Source: Candidatus Azambacteria bacterium (GTDB lineage Bacteria; Patescibacteriota; Minisyncoccia; GWC2-36-17; JACQAJ01). From it: a stretch of 39,772 nucleotides of DNA. Numbering within the stretch: position 1 is the stretch's first letter; every line of letters starts with the position of its first letter. The notes under the pieces are model-generated. The model was given only the letters and a program-made list of their open reading frames with translations. It ran no database searches and was not told the DNA's origin. This document shows positions 1 through 10,026 of the stretch, in pieces. Location of the stretch: positions 1 to 39,772 of the forward strand of contig JACQAJ010000022.1 of NCBI GenBank assembly GCA_016195045.1. Direction: 5' to 3'. The position numbers and the translations under genes are program-made.

Positions 1-857
1 TTTTCAAAATTATCAAAAACATTCTTTAAATCTTCACCGACGGCTACCTTATCTTTGGGGGTGGTCTTATTCAAAACATTCCTAATCTTATGAACTACAC
101 ATTTTTGAAAATCAGCTTGGGGATAAACTTTTAAAACTTCATCTTCCAGGTATTGAATTCCATCAGCGACAAAAAGATCAATCATGGCTACTCCTCTTTT
201 CTCTTTTAAATCAGTTAATAGTTCACCCCAAAAAGTGGCTGATTCAGTGGGGTTTAGCTCTAAAACTAGTAATTCTCGTTTATTATCTTCTCTGACTCCG
301 TAAGCCACAAAAGCTCCTTCTTTAGCATATTCGTTACCCCGGCGAACAGTGATAAAGATGACATCTCCAAAGACCACTTTGTAGTGTTTTTCTAATTTAG
401 ATTCTTGCCAAGCAATTCGGAATTTATTAAAGGTTTGGGCTAAATTAGAAATCTTGGCGGGCGACATACCTTCTTCAAAAACTTCATCCAGAAAAGATTT
501 AATGTCGTTAGAAGTCATCCCTCGTTTGTAAAGCGATAAGGCTATTTCATCAACTTTTTCTCGGCTGATTTTTAACAGCGCTAACGTGGCTGGGGAGAAT
601 AAACCGGTTCTAGTTCTGGGGACATGAACTAATAACGAGTTTTGAGAAAGACTTTTCAGGGCTCTTCCGTAGTAGCCATTACCAGTGTCAATCTTGGGGT
701 CATCAACCTTTTCGATATACTCATTTCTTTCGATGGTCATCAAGGTTTCAATCGTCGTGGCGATAAAGTTATCCATCGATAAGGAATCGAGGTTAACCCT
801 TAAACTCTTTAAACTTTTTTCTAACAACTCGGTTGTTTTACTATTTTTGTTTCGCAT
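1..857 (-). CDS. IS256-family (Mutator-type) transposase, C-terminal part cut off by window edge
   Basis: Not in the ORF track because there is no stop inside the window. Minus-strand ATG at 857-855. My translation reads MRNKNSKTTELLEKSLKSL..GNGYYGRALKSLSQNSLLVHVPRTRTGLFSP..LYKRGMTSNDIKSFLDEVF..GVAMIDLFVADGIQYLEDEVLKVYPQADFQKCVVHKIRNVL. This follows the conserved block order of IS256 transposases. Confidence 0.85.
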   Translation of the reverse strand, partial: MRNKNSKTTELLEKSLKSLRVNLDSLSMDNFIATTIETLMTIERNEYIEKVDDPKIDTGNGYYGRALKSLSQNSLLVHVPRTRTGLFSPATLALLKISREKVDEIALSLYKRGMTSNDIKSFLDEVFEEGMSPAKISNLAQTFNKFRIAWQESKLEKHYKVVFGDVIFITVRRGNEYAKEGAFVAYGVREDNKRELLVLELNPTESATFWGELLTDLKEKRGVAMIDLFVADGIQYLEDEVLKVYPQADFQKCVVHKIRNVLNKTTPKDKVAVGEDLKNVFDNFE

Positions 858-955
858 AGTTTTATTAATTATTCAATAAATTTTTCCAATTTATTGAAGG
901 TCATTCTATTAATATTCTACTATGCCAAACACAATTTTGTGTAGGGTCTCTCCAA
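1..955 (-). mobile_element. Partial IS256-family insertion sequence (one end inside window)
   Basis: Transposase gene plus about 100 bp of non-coding DNA. Candidate terminal repeat is around 924-953 (minus strand ggagagaccctacacaaaattgtgtttggc). The exact boundary cannot be fixed without the other end. Confidence 0.5.
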
Positions 956-979
956 AATATACTTAGATATCGAAAAGAC

Positions 980-1007
980 TTGACTAAAGTATATCATCGT
1001 ATATAAT
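980..1007 (+). promoter_or_regulatory. Sigma70-like promoter, probably giving a leaderless mRNA for the ATPase gene
   Basis: TTGACT (980-985), 16-nt spacer, TATAAT (1002-1007). The ATG at 1014 lies 6 nt after the -10 box and there is no SD. Confidence 0.4.
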
Positions 1008-1013
1008 AGTCAT

Positions 1014-2003
1014 ATGTGGTTACATAGAGTTCAAGAGGAAAAAATACATAATGACCTTCTTAAAAAGATGGTTTTTATTGTTGGTCCACGACAGGTTGGT
1101 AAGACTTGGCTGGCGAAAAAGATTATGGAAAGATATGGCCATAGTTTATATTTAAACTATGACTCAATCGAGGATAGGACAATGATGGAGACATTCAGAA
1201 AAACTGGAGATTCTTTAGCGGGGCGTTTTTTTGTTCACCATCTACTCCCCTTATCACTCTCGGAACTTAAAGATGATGCTATTACAGATAAAGTTGACCG
1301 ATTGATTGAGCGTAGTGGGTTCCCAGAACCATTTCTCGTAGAGACCAGAGAGGAAGCGGCCCGTTGGCGAAAGCTCTACACTGATTCCCTGGTGCGTGAA
1401 GATATTATTAATTTTGAGACAGTCACCGACATAAAGGCTCTCTATAATGTTTTTGAAATACTTCGTCGTTCTGTTGGTTCGCCTGTGTCATTTTCTAATA
1501 TTGCTCGTGATGTTGGTATCTCACCCGTAACGGTCAAAAAATATATTTCAGTTCTTGAATCGTTGTATATTATATTTTCTATCCGAACATTTTCGGCAAA
1601 AATAAAGCGTTCTATTTTGAAAGAATCTAAGATCTATTTCTACGACACTGGCTTAGTCATTGGCGATCAGGGTGTGGTCTTTGAAAATTTTGTTGCCCTA
1701 TCACTCCTGAAAGACACGGAATTGAGGAATGATATGCAGGGCGCCAATAATGGTCTCTATTACTTGCGAACCAAAGAAGGCAAGGAAGCTGATTTTGTGC
1801 TTGTCAATTCAATGAATGAGCCACAAAAAATGATTGAGGTGAAATATAGCGATATATTGGTAAGTAAAAATCTTCTTTATTTTAAAAATAAATACGGAAT
1901 TCCTGCTGTACAATTAGTAAAAAATATGAGCAAGGTTGGATTTATAGTTGATGGCGTCTCAATATTTCGGGCAGAAGAATTTCTAACGGATATTAATAAT
2001 TAG
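1014..2003 (+). CDS. AAA-family ATPase with DUF4143-like C-terminal domain, apparently internally deleted
   Basis: P-loop GPRQVGKTWLAKK, then the DSLAGR..LLPLSLSEL block. The C-terminal half is typical of AAA_14/DUF4143 proteins. Only about 15 aa separate YLNYD from DSLAGR, where the Walker B segment normally sits. Confidence 0.7.
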   Translation: MWLHRVQEEKIHNDLLKKMVFIVGPRQVGKTWLAKKIMERYGHSLYLNYDSIEDRTMMETFRKTGDSLAGRFFVHHLLPLSLSELKDDAITDKVDRLIERSGFPEPFLVETREEAARWRKLYTDSLVREDIINFETVTDIKALYNVFEILRRSVGSPVSFSNIARDVGISPVTVKKYISVLESLYIIFSIRTFSAKIKRSILKESKIYFYDTGLVIGDQGVVFENFVALSLLKDTELRNDMQGANNGLYYLRTKEGKEADFVLVNSMNEPQKMIEVKYSDILVSKNLLYFKNKYGIPAVQLVKNMSKVGFIVDGVSIFRAEEFLTDINN

Positions 2004-2206
2004 GATCAACTATTTATCCACTTAAAAGCAGAATACTCTCTGGTTTGCCACTGTTCAGACCGCGAGGAGGAAAAGAAAAATGACCGGTTACCAATGGTAC
2101 TTGGGACATCAGAAAATCACTAGTTTTAAAAATTAACGAGTTAACGAATTAACGAGTTTTATTTTCCCAATTCAAGAGATTAATTTACTAAACCATTAAA
2201 TAAAAT

Positions 2207-2231
2207 GGGCACTTCATCAACAGAAGTGCCC
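2207..2231 (-). terminator. Hairpin terminator downstream of the rpoBC-patatin unit
   Basis: gggcacttc / atcaaca / gaagtgccc is a perfect 9-bp GC-rich stem. On the minus strand it is followed by a T-rich run (attttatttaatgg). It starts 4 nt after the patatin stop. Confidence 0.55.
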
Positions 2232-2234
2232 GTA

Positions 2235-2821
2235 CTATCTTCGCGCCTGAGACTCTATAAATCCAATTGCACTGGAAATACCAAGATCAACCAGTTGATT
2301 GATCCGGTCTTCAGAACTATCAAAACTCCACCGCAGCGGTGATGACACCGAAGAACAAATTATCTTTACTTTGGCATTATCTACCCACGACCTACCAACA
2401 AATTCCCGCGACGAATAATTAGAAACAACGACGATTTCATTGTAACCATCTGCCAAAGCTTTTTCTACTGGCAAACGATCTGACAGACCGCCATGAGCGT
2501 ATTTGCGTCCATTAATGAGCACTTTGGGATGTAAATAGGGAACAGCGGCTGAAGCACGGACCTGCAAAAAGAATTCTTCCGATGTCTTTGGCGAAAAATA
2601 ATGAGCGCTACCAGACTGACAATCAGTAGCCACAATCAATATTTTCACCGAAGAGGACAATAAATTTTCAACCGAAAGCCGATACCAGTATAGGCACCCG
2701 CTGAACAACCATACACTGCAGAAAAGTAATTATACCCCAATACCCTACCCAAAGTTGCAACCACCCCTCCACTAAAAGCTCCGGCCAAACCACCCGGACC
2801 AAGAACAAGCGCCCTCTTCAT
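2235..2821 (-). pseudogene. Patatin-like phospholipase, frameshifted
   Basis: Two overlapping ORFs in different frames (2645-2860 and 2235-2708). The N-part has GPGGLAG (oxyanion-hole region) and GCSAG (GxSxG). The C-part has the patatin C-terminal block, but HGG replaces the catalytic DGG. A strong SD (aaggaggtg) precedes the ATG at 2821. Confidence 0.75.
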
Positions 2822-2890
2822 CACAATCACCTCCTTTCTCGTTACTATTAATATAATCAAATACTATCTTTTCAAAACTACTTTGTAAAC

Positions 2891-5800
2891 CTATTTCCGA
2901 AACGACGTTCCCGACGGAATCAACCGACCAATTATAACATTCTCTTTGAGTCCTCTTAATGGATCAACTTTGCCACTTAAGGAAGCATTAATTAAAACTT
3001 TGACAGTTTCTTGGAAAGAAGCAGCGGAGAGAAAACTATTGGCATAGTGAGCTACTTTAGTAATTCCGAGTAATAATTCAGTATATTTTATTTGTTTTTT
3101 CCCGCTTGCCTTTAATTTTTTGTTATTATCGAGAACAATATCTTTTTCGACAATCTCACCAACTGAAAATTCACTATCACCGACCTCTGCTATTTTAACC
3201 CGAGAAAACATCTGTCTAAGAATTACTTCAAGATGTTTATTGTGAATCGCTTCACCTTCACTACTATAAATCTTTTGAACCTCTCCAATTACATAGCTCT
3301 CAACGGCCTCTTTTCCGCTTAATCTAAATAATTCTTTTAAATCAATATGCCCATCAGTTAATTGATGGCCAGCCTTAATCAAATCGCCTTTTTTAACAAG
3401 CACCTTCAAGAAATCTAAAATTTGATATTCAATATTACCCTTAGATGTTTCTTTTTCTTTTTTAGATTTTTTCTTGGCTTTAGTAGTAGTTTGATCAATT
3501 AATTTTGGTTCAATAATGATAGTTTTATTTTTGCCATTAATTTTTACATCAATTACTTTTCCGTTAATTTCAGAAAGCAAAGCCTTGGTTTTTGGTAAAC
3601 GGGCTTCAAATAATTCCACCACCCGAGGAAGACCCCGAGTAATATCGCCGACCCCTGCTACTCCACCGGTATGAAAAGTTCTCATGGTTAACTGAGTACC
3701 TGGTTCACCAATTGATTGAGCGGCAATAATACCAACAGCTTCACCTAATTTTACTAGAGAACTATGTCCTAAATCATAGCCATAACATTTCCGACAAACT
3801 CCAAATTTAGTTTTACATCTTAAAACCGATCTGATTCTGACTGAATCGATAGTACTTTTTTCAATAATCTGAGCAATTTCTTTGGTAACTAATCCCCCTT
3901 TCTCTAAAAGAATTTTTTCTTTCCTTTCTTCTTTAATCTTTATATCATCAAGAGTAATTCTACCTAAGATCTTCAAATACAATGTTTGTCCTAGACTGAT
4001 CGTTTCTTGACGGACAATTATTAATCCCGTTTCTTCCAAACAATCATCTTCACGAACAATTAAATCTTGAGAAACATCAACTAGTCGTCGAGTTAAATAG
4101 CCGGCTTCAGAAGTTTTCAAAGCCGTATCAGCGGTTCCTTTTCTCGCACCATGCGTAGAAATGAAATATTCCAAAACACTCAAACCTTCTTTATAGGAAT
4201 TCAAGATTGGCAAATCAATAATTTCTCCGGAAGGATTTAAAACCAAACCACGAACACCAGTAATTTGATGAAGCTGAACCGAACTTCCTCTGGCTTTAGA
4301 ATTAATGATTGACATAACCGAACTATCTTTACTTAAGGTCGCTGGAACTCTTTTTTGAATATCTTGAATTGCCTCGGTCCAAACCTCAATGACTCGATCA
4401 TAATGTTCATCTTTGGTCAAAAATCCATTTTCAAAATAATCGTCAATTTTTTGAATTTCTAATTTAGCTTTTTTAATAATTTCTGCTTTTTCTATTGGAA
4501 CTTTCAATTCGAACATTGACCAAGTAATACCTGAAAGGGTTGCATATTTAAAACCTAATCTTTTAATAATATCTAATCTTGGCCCAACCGCTTCGAAACC
4601 ACAATGATCAATTAATTGCTCTACTAACTCTGTTAGGGTACCGGAATTCATTTCTTTCTCAGTAAAATTGAAATCTTTTGGTAAGGCTTGACTAAAAATT
4701 ATTCTCCCGACCGAAGTTTCCAGAAACTTATTCTCATCTTTTCTTATATTGGAGTTTAAATAAACTTTGATTTTAGCATTAATATCAATAAAGCCTTGTT
4801 CGTAAGCTACAAAGGCCTCATTTTTAGAAGCATAAATCTTCCCTTCACCTCTAGCATTTTCAACCAGATGAGTTAAGAAATAACAACCCAAAACAATATC
4901 TTTTGAGGGCCTGACAATTGGTTGACCGCTTGATAATTTTAAGAGATTCTTAGACGAAAGCATAATCTCCTGAGCTTCTCTCTGAGCCTCTTCTGTGATT
5001 GGTAGATGGACGGCCATTTGGTCACCATCAAAATCGGCATTAAAAGCCGCGCAGACCAATGGATGAATTTTGATCGCCAAACCTTCGATTAAAACTGGTT
5101 TAAAAGCTTGGATACTTAAACGATGAAGCGTTGGGGCGCGATTAAGCAATACTACTTTATTTTTAATAACACTTTCAAGAATAGCCCAGACCTCATCAAC
5201 ACCTTCTTCGATTAATCGATTGGCAGCTCTGACATTATAAGCTAACTCACTTCTAATAATCTCGCCAATGACGAATGGTTTAAAAAGTTCCAAGGCCATA
5301 TTCTTAGGAATGCCGCACTCATCCATCTTCAGTTCTGAACCAACGACAATAACAGCTCGACCCGAATAATCAACCCGCTTACCTAATAAATTTTGACGAA
5401 AACGTCCTTGTTTACCCTTTAAAACATCAGTTAATGACTTTAATGGTCTCTTAGTTGAAATAATCGTTGTCCCGGTTTTTTTAACCGTATTGTCAATTAA
5501 AGAATCAACAGCTTCTTGAAGCATTCTTTTTTCATTTCTCATAATAACTTCTGGGGCATTGAGTTCAATTAATTTTTTTAACCGATTATTACGATTAATA
5601 ACTCTTCGATAAAGATCATTTAAATCAGCGGAAGCAAAACGACCGCCATCAAGCTGAACCATTGGTCGTAAATCCGGTGGCATCACCGGGAGAATCTGTA
5701 AGATCATAGAAACTGGCTTAATCTTATTAACAATGAAATTTTTAATTAAAGCCGCTCGTGATATTAAACGCGCTTTATTTTGAGCCGAAGCTTCAGGAAT

Positions 5801-6511
5801 AATTTCTTCAAGACCCTTTAATTCTTTCCTTAAATCAATCGATTCAATAATTTTCTTGATCGCTTCAGTCCCTGATTCCACTGAAAAAACTGTTCCATAT
5901 TTTAAACTTAAATTATGATATTCAGTTTCAGTCAAAACTCGGCCAACCTTAATACCATTAAGATCGCCGCTGGCGTCATTCTTTAATTGTTTAAGACGAA
6001 GTTTAACGGTATCATCATTTATTTTAGGAAGTCCTTTAACTTTATTTTTATATTCAAAATCTAAATCAGCGAGAAGCCTCTCTTTAAGTTCAAGATTTAT
6101 TTTTGTAATAATATAGCTAGCAAAATAGACAACAGACTCAAGTTGAAGTTGGGGAATATCGAGAAACAAAGATAATCGAGAAGGAATGGCCCTTAAGAAC
6201 CATAAATGGCAAACTGGCATCGCTAATTTAATATGTCCCATTCGCTCTCTTCTAACAACTGAACGGGTTACCTCAACACCGCAACGATCACAAGTAATAC
6301 CTTTATATTTTATCCTCTTATATTTACCACAATAACATTCCCAATCCCTTGAGGGACCGAATATTTTTTCATCAAAAAGTCCGTCTTTCTCGGGTCGCTG
6401 AGTTCGATAATTGATCGTCTCTGGTTTAGTTACCTCACCATGAGACCAGGATAAGATATCCTCGGCGGAAGCTAATTTCAAACTAATTGCATTGAATTCA
6501 AAAGGTTTCAT
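2891..6511 (-). CDS. rpoC: DNA-directed RNA polymerase subunit beta'
   Basis: 1206 aa. Zn-finger CYCGKYKRIKYKGITCDRCG, catalytic NADFDGDQM, and the conserved trigger-loop/bridge-helix regions are present. Confidence 0.98.
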   Translation of the reverse strand: MKPFEFNAISLKLASAEDILSWSHGEVTKPETINYRTQRPEKDGLFDEKIFGPSRDWECYCGKYKRIKYKGITCDRCGVEVTRSVVRRERMGHIKLAMPVCHLWFLRAIPSRLSLFLDIPQLQLESVVYFASYIITKINLELKERLLADLDFEYKNKVKGLPKINDDTVKLRLKQLKNDASGDLNGIKVGRVLTETEYHNLSLKYGTVFSVESGTEAIKKIIESIDLRKELKGLEEIIPEASAQNKARLISRAALIKNFIVNKIKPVSMILQILPVMPPDLRPMVQLDGGRFASADLNDLYRRVINRNNRLKKLIELNAPEVIMRNEKRMLQEAVDSLIDNTVKKTGTTIISTKRPLKSLTDVLKGKQGRFRQNLLGKRVDYSGRAVIVVGSELKMDECGIPKNMALELFKPFVIGEIIRSELAYNVRAANRLIEEGVDEVWAILESVIKNKVVLLNRAPTLHRLSIQAFKPVLIEGLAIKIHPLVCAAFNADFDGDQMAVHLPITEEAQREAQEIMLSSKNLLKLSSGQPIVRPSKDIVLGCYFLTHLVENARGEGKIYASKNEAFVAYEQGFIDINAKIKVYLNSNIRKDENKFLETSVGRIIFSQALPKDFNFTEKEMNSGTLTELVEQLIDHCGFEAVGPRLDIIKRLGFKYATLSGITWSMFELKVPIEKAEIIKKAKLEIQKIDDYFENGFLTKDEHYDRVIEVWTEAIQDIQKRVPATLSKDSSVMSIINSKARGSSVQLHQITGVRGLVLNPSGEIIDLPILNSYKEGLSVLEYFISTHGARKGTADTALKTSEAGYLTRRLVDVSQDLIVREDDCLEETGLIIVRQETISLGQTLYLKILGRITLDDIKIKEERKEKILLEKGGLVTKEIAQIIEKSTIDSVRIRSVLRCKTKFGVCRKCYGYDLGHSSLVKLGEAVGIIAAQSIGEPGTQLTMRTFHTGGVAGVGDITRGLPRVVELFEARLPKTKALLSEINGKVIDVKINGKNKTIIIEPKLIDQTTTKAKKKSKKEKETSKGNIEYQILDFLKVLVKKGDLIKAGHQLTDGHIDLKELFRLSGKEAVESYVIGEVQKIYSSEGEAIHNKHLEVILRQMFSRVKIAEVGDSEFSVGEIVEKDIVLDNNKKLKASGKKQIKYTELLLGITKVAHYANSFLSAASFQETVKVLINASLSGKVDPLRGLKENVIIGRLIPSGTSFRK

Positions 6512-6590
6512 ACGATTTATGATTTATGATTTATGATTTATGATTTATGAATAATTTAAAATTCTTAAATCAAAAACCTTAAATCTAAAA
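6512..6590. repeat. Heptad-arm hairpin element, family A (rpoB-rpoC spacer)
   Basis: (GATTTAT)x5 at 6514-6548, then gaataatttaaaattc, then degenerate TTAAATC units. It fills the whole 79-nt spacer. Confidence 0.85.
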
Positions 6591-9500
6591 TTACTTGGTT
6601 CCTGATATTTTTTCTAATACTTCTTCCTTGGCCTCTCCTAGGACTGTATTAATCTCCATTCCTGAAATTTTTTCGCTTTTAGTGTTAATAAGTTCGATAC
6701 TTAATCCCAGCGATTTTAATTCATTAATCAAAACCAAAAATGATTCTGGGGTATTCGGATTTTTAATTCTTTCCCCTCTGATAATAGAATCGTAAGCAGA
6801 AGTTCTTCCCAAAACATCGTCGGATTTAATTGTTAAAACTTCTTGCAAAACATGAGTCGCGCCATAAGCTTCAAGAGCCCAAACTTCCATCTCACCAAGC
6901 CTTTGACCCCCTTGTTGAGCCTTGCCACCTAAAGGCTGTTGAGTAATTAACGAATATGGACCAGTTGAACGCATATGAATTTTATCATCGGCCAAATGAT
7001 TAAGTTTAATCATATAAATAACCCCGGTCGTTACCTTAGACATAAATGGCTCGCCAGTTCTTCCGTCATAAAGGGTGACTCGACTATCAACTGGTAACTT
7101 GGCTTTTATTAACTCTTGAACAATCATATCTTCAGTTGGACCAGCCAATGCTGGAGTAATCGCCTGATAACCAAGTCTAGAAGCCGCCCAACCAAGATTA
7201 GTTTCTAAGATTTGTCCTAAATTCATTCTGGAGATAACCCCGAGTGGATTTAAAACAATATCAACCGGCGTTCCATCTTCCAAATAAGGCATATCTTCGG
7301 CTGGCAGAATTTTTGAAATAACCCCTTTGTTACCATGACGACCAGCTAATTTATCCCCCACTGAAATATGTCTTAATTGAGCAATATCAACCTCGATAGA
7401 ACGAATCTTTCCTGGTTCCAGCTTATCACCATATTCCCGAGAAAAAATCTTCGTCCCAATTACCCGACCCTTAATACCATGGGCTAACCTTAATGAAGTA
7501 TCTTTCACTTCTTTGGCTTTCTCACCAAAAATAGAGCGCAAAAGTCTTTCTTCTGGAGTTAAATCACTTTCCCCTTTAGGAGTAATCTTGCCAACTAAAA
7601 GATCCCGGGCCTTAACTTGAGCCCCCATCCTGACAATTCCCTCTTCGTCTAAATCTTTTAATCTTTCCCCGGAAACATTGGAAATATCTGGAGTAGTCAC
7701 TTCGGGTCCCAGCTTAGTATCCCGAACATCACACAGAAAATCTTTGATATGAACCGAAGTAAATAAATCATCTTTTAAAAGTCGATCAGAAAGAACAATG
7801 GCGTCTTCAAAATTATTGCCAAAAAAAGAAACGAAAGCTACTAAAAGATTATGACCTAGAGCTAATTCACCATTATAAGTAGCGGAATTATCAGCCAATA
7901 CTTGACCCTTCTTTATCTCTTGACCAACAGTAACAATTGGTTTCTGAGAAATTAAAGTAAATTTATTACTCTTTTGAAATTTAATGATAGGATAATTTTT
8001 CTTACCATCTTTAGTCATTAAAAGAATATGATTACCATCAACTTCGATAACCTCACCATCTTCATCAGAAATAATTAAACAACCAGAATCATAAACCGCT
8101 TTTTTCTCAAAACCTGTTCCAACCAAGGGCGCCTCTGGTTTAATAGGGGGGACAGCCTGTCTCTGCATGTTTGAACCCATTAAGGCTCGATTAGCATCAT
8201 CATGTTCTAAGAAAGGAATAAGGGCGGTAGCTACTGAAACCATTTGACTAGCAGATACGTCAATAAAATCAACTTTATTCTTATTAATAAGTTTTGGTCG
8301 AGTGTTAATACGAACTTCCAATTCATTGGGCAAAATATAACCACTGGAATCATATTGAACCCCACCATGAGCAATATAATATTGTTCTTCTTCGCTGGCA
8401 GTTAAATAAACTAATTCTCTGATAACTTTAGAATTTTTAACTCTATAATAAGGAGTCTCAATAAAACCAAGATCATTAATTCTGGCAAAAGTCGATAAGT
8501 GATTAATTAAACCAATATTAGGGCCTTCTGGGGTTTGAATTGGACAAATTCTACCATAATGAGAGGAATGAACGTCTCTAACCTCAAAACCAGCCCTTTC
8601 TTTCGTTAAGCCGCCTGGACCCATTGCCGACAGCCGTCGCTTGTGTTCTAACTCGGAAAGAGGATTTTCTTGATCCATGAATTGAGAAAGTTGACTAGAA
8701 GTAAAAAACTCCTTGACCGCTGAAGTCAAAATTCGAGAATTAATTAATTGGGACGGAAGCAAATCTTCTACTCCGATAGTTGAAATCCGATCTTTAATAA
8801 ATTTTTCGAGCCGTTTTAAACCAACTCGAAGTTTATATTGAATCAGTTCCCCGACTGTTTTAACTCTGCGATTACTTAAATGATCAATGTCATCAGCAAC
8901 CGCATTAATATCATTATTTAAAAGGATAATTTTCTTAATAACTTCAACTATATCTTCTTTTTTCAAAACTCTATCTGCCTTTGTAAAACCCTTTTTTAAT
9001 ATCTCGGCGGATGATTTATTATAAAGCTTCATGTCCATTTTGTACCGACCGACTCTGCCGAGGTCATAATAATCGAAGTTTAAAAATGTTCGTTCCTCAA
9101 TAAATTTCTTAGCATTTTCTATAGTAATGCTTAAATCAGATGGCCGTAATCGACGATATATCTCAACATAAGAATCGTCAACTGTTTTAGCGGTATCCTT
9201 TTTCAAAGTTTCTTGAATATAAAAAATACCATTTGAATTAACCCCAGTGTCGACTGACTTAAAAGCATTCTCAATTTCTTCATCCGTAATGAACCCAAAA
9301 ACCCGAAGTAGGGTAGAAGCGCTAATTCTTCTCTTACGATCAATTCTGACATAAATAACACCATCACTATCAGTTTCAAATTCCAACCAACTACCCCGAG
9401 AAGGAATAAGTTTAGCATCAAATAACTTTTTGCCTTTTAATATTTTAGAAGTAAAAAAAACGCCTGAAGAACGAATTAACTGAGAAACTATGACCCGCTC

Positions 9501-9875
9501 AACCCCATTAATAATAAACGTTCCTTGTTTCGTCATGACTGGAAAATCTCCAAAATAAATTTCCTGATCTTTAGAAATTTTTAAATTTTTATTCTCTAAT
9601 CTGAGTTTAACTCGTAAGGGCGCCTCATAAGACAATCCCCTTTCTTTAGCTTTTTCTTCCGTGGTTTTTGGCTCACCAAAAAAATAGTCATCAAAATGAA
9701 GACTGAATTCTTTTTCTGTATAATCACGGATCGGCGATATTTCTTCAAATAGTTCTTTGAGTCCTTCAGTTATAAACCAATGGAATGATTTAATTTGAAC
9801 TTCAGAAAGATTTGGCAATGGAGTAATCTCTTGTGGCAAAGTAGTAAAAACTTTTTGTGGCCGAGATAATAACAT
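6591..9875 (-). CDS. rpoB: DNA-directed RNA polymerase subunit beta
   Basis: 1094 aa with conserved blocks such as GRHGNKGVISKI and GEMEVWALEAYGA. It lies directly upstream of rpoC. Confidence 0.98.
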   Translation of the reverse strand: MLLSRPQKVFTTLPQEITPLPNLSEVQIKSFHWFITEGLKELFEEISPIRDYTEKEFSLHFDDYFFGEPKTTEEKAKERGLSYEAPLRVKLRLENKNLKISKDQEIYFGDFPVMTKQGTFIINGVERVIVSQLIRSSGVFFTSKILKGKKLFDAKLIPSRGSWLEFETDSDGVIYVRIDRKRRISASTLLRVFGFITDEEIENAFKSVDTGVNSNGIFYIQETLKKDTAKTVDDSYVEIYRRLRPSDLSITIENAKKFIEERTFLNFDYYDLGRVGRYKMDMKLYNKSSAEILKKGFTKADRVLKKEDIVEVIKKIILLNNDINAVADDIDHLSNRRVKTVGELIQYKLRVGLKRLEKFIKDRISTIGVEDLLPSQLINSRILTSAVKEFFTSSQLSQFMDQENPLSELEHKRRLSAMGPGGLTKERAGFEVRDVHSSHYGRICPIQTPEGPNIGLINHLSTFARINDLGFIETPYYRVKNSKVIRELVYLTASEEEQYYIAHGGVQYDSSGYILPNELEVRINTRPKLINKNKVDFIDVSASQMVSVATALIPFLEHDDANRALMGSNMQRQAVPPIKPEAPLVGTGFEKKAVYDSGCLIISDEDGEVIEVDGNHILLMTKDGKKNYPIIKFQKSNKFTLISQKPIVTVGQEIKKGQVLADNSATYNGELALGHNLLVAFVSFFGNNFEDAIVLSDRLLKDDLFTSVHIKDFLCDVRDTKLGPEVTTPDISNVSGERLKDLDEEGIVRMGAQVKARDLLVGKITPKGESDLTPEERLLRSIFGEKAKEVKDTSLRLAHGIKGRVIGTKIFSREYGDKLEPGKIRSIEVDIAQLRHISVGDKLAGRHGNKGVISKILPAEDMPYLEDGTPVDIVLNPLGVISRMNLGQILETNLGWAASRLGYQAITPALAGPTEDMIVQELIKAKLPVDSRVTLYDGRTGEPFMSKVTTGVIYMIKLNHLADDKIHMRSTGPYSLITQQPLGGKAQQGGQRLGEMEVWALEAYGATHVLQEVLTIKSDDVLGRTSAYDSIIRGERIKNPNTPESFLVLINELKSLGLSIELINTKSEKISGMEINTVLGEAKEEVLEKISGTK

Positions 9876-10026
9876 ATATTTTTATAGACTTGTCAATAAA
9901 CAAGCCTAATATATACAACAAAAAAATAAAGCCCTGCTTTAGGGGGATTTAATAATTTTTTTTAAATTAGAAACTAGAAAAAATTGATTTTTTACTAAAA
10001 TTGAACTAACCAAACTTAATTCAGTA

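Noticed and set aside
685-879. ORF 685-879 (+)
   Set aside because: It lies antisense to the clearly recognisable IS256 transposase reading frame.
2133-2156. Short tandem ttaacgag/ttaacgaa x3, and similar orphan half-arms at 9965-9985, 17553-17566 and 20376-20392
   Set aside because: They are too short and lack a partner arm, so I cannot call them elements. They may be eroded relatives of the junction hairpins, but I cannot support that from this window.
6595-9421. ORFs 6595-6795 (+) and 9203-9421 (-) inside rpoB
   Set aside because: They lie antisense to, or out of frame within, a highly conserved 1094-aa gene. The peptides are low-complexity with no motifs.
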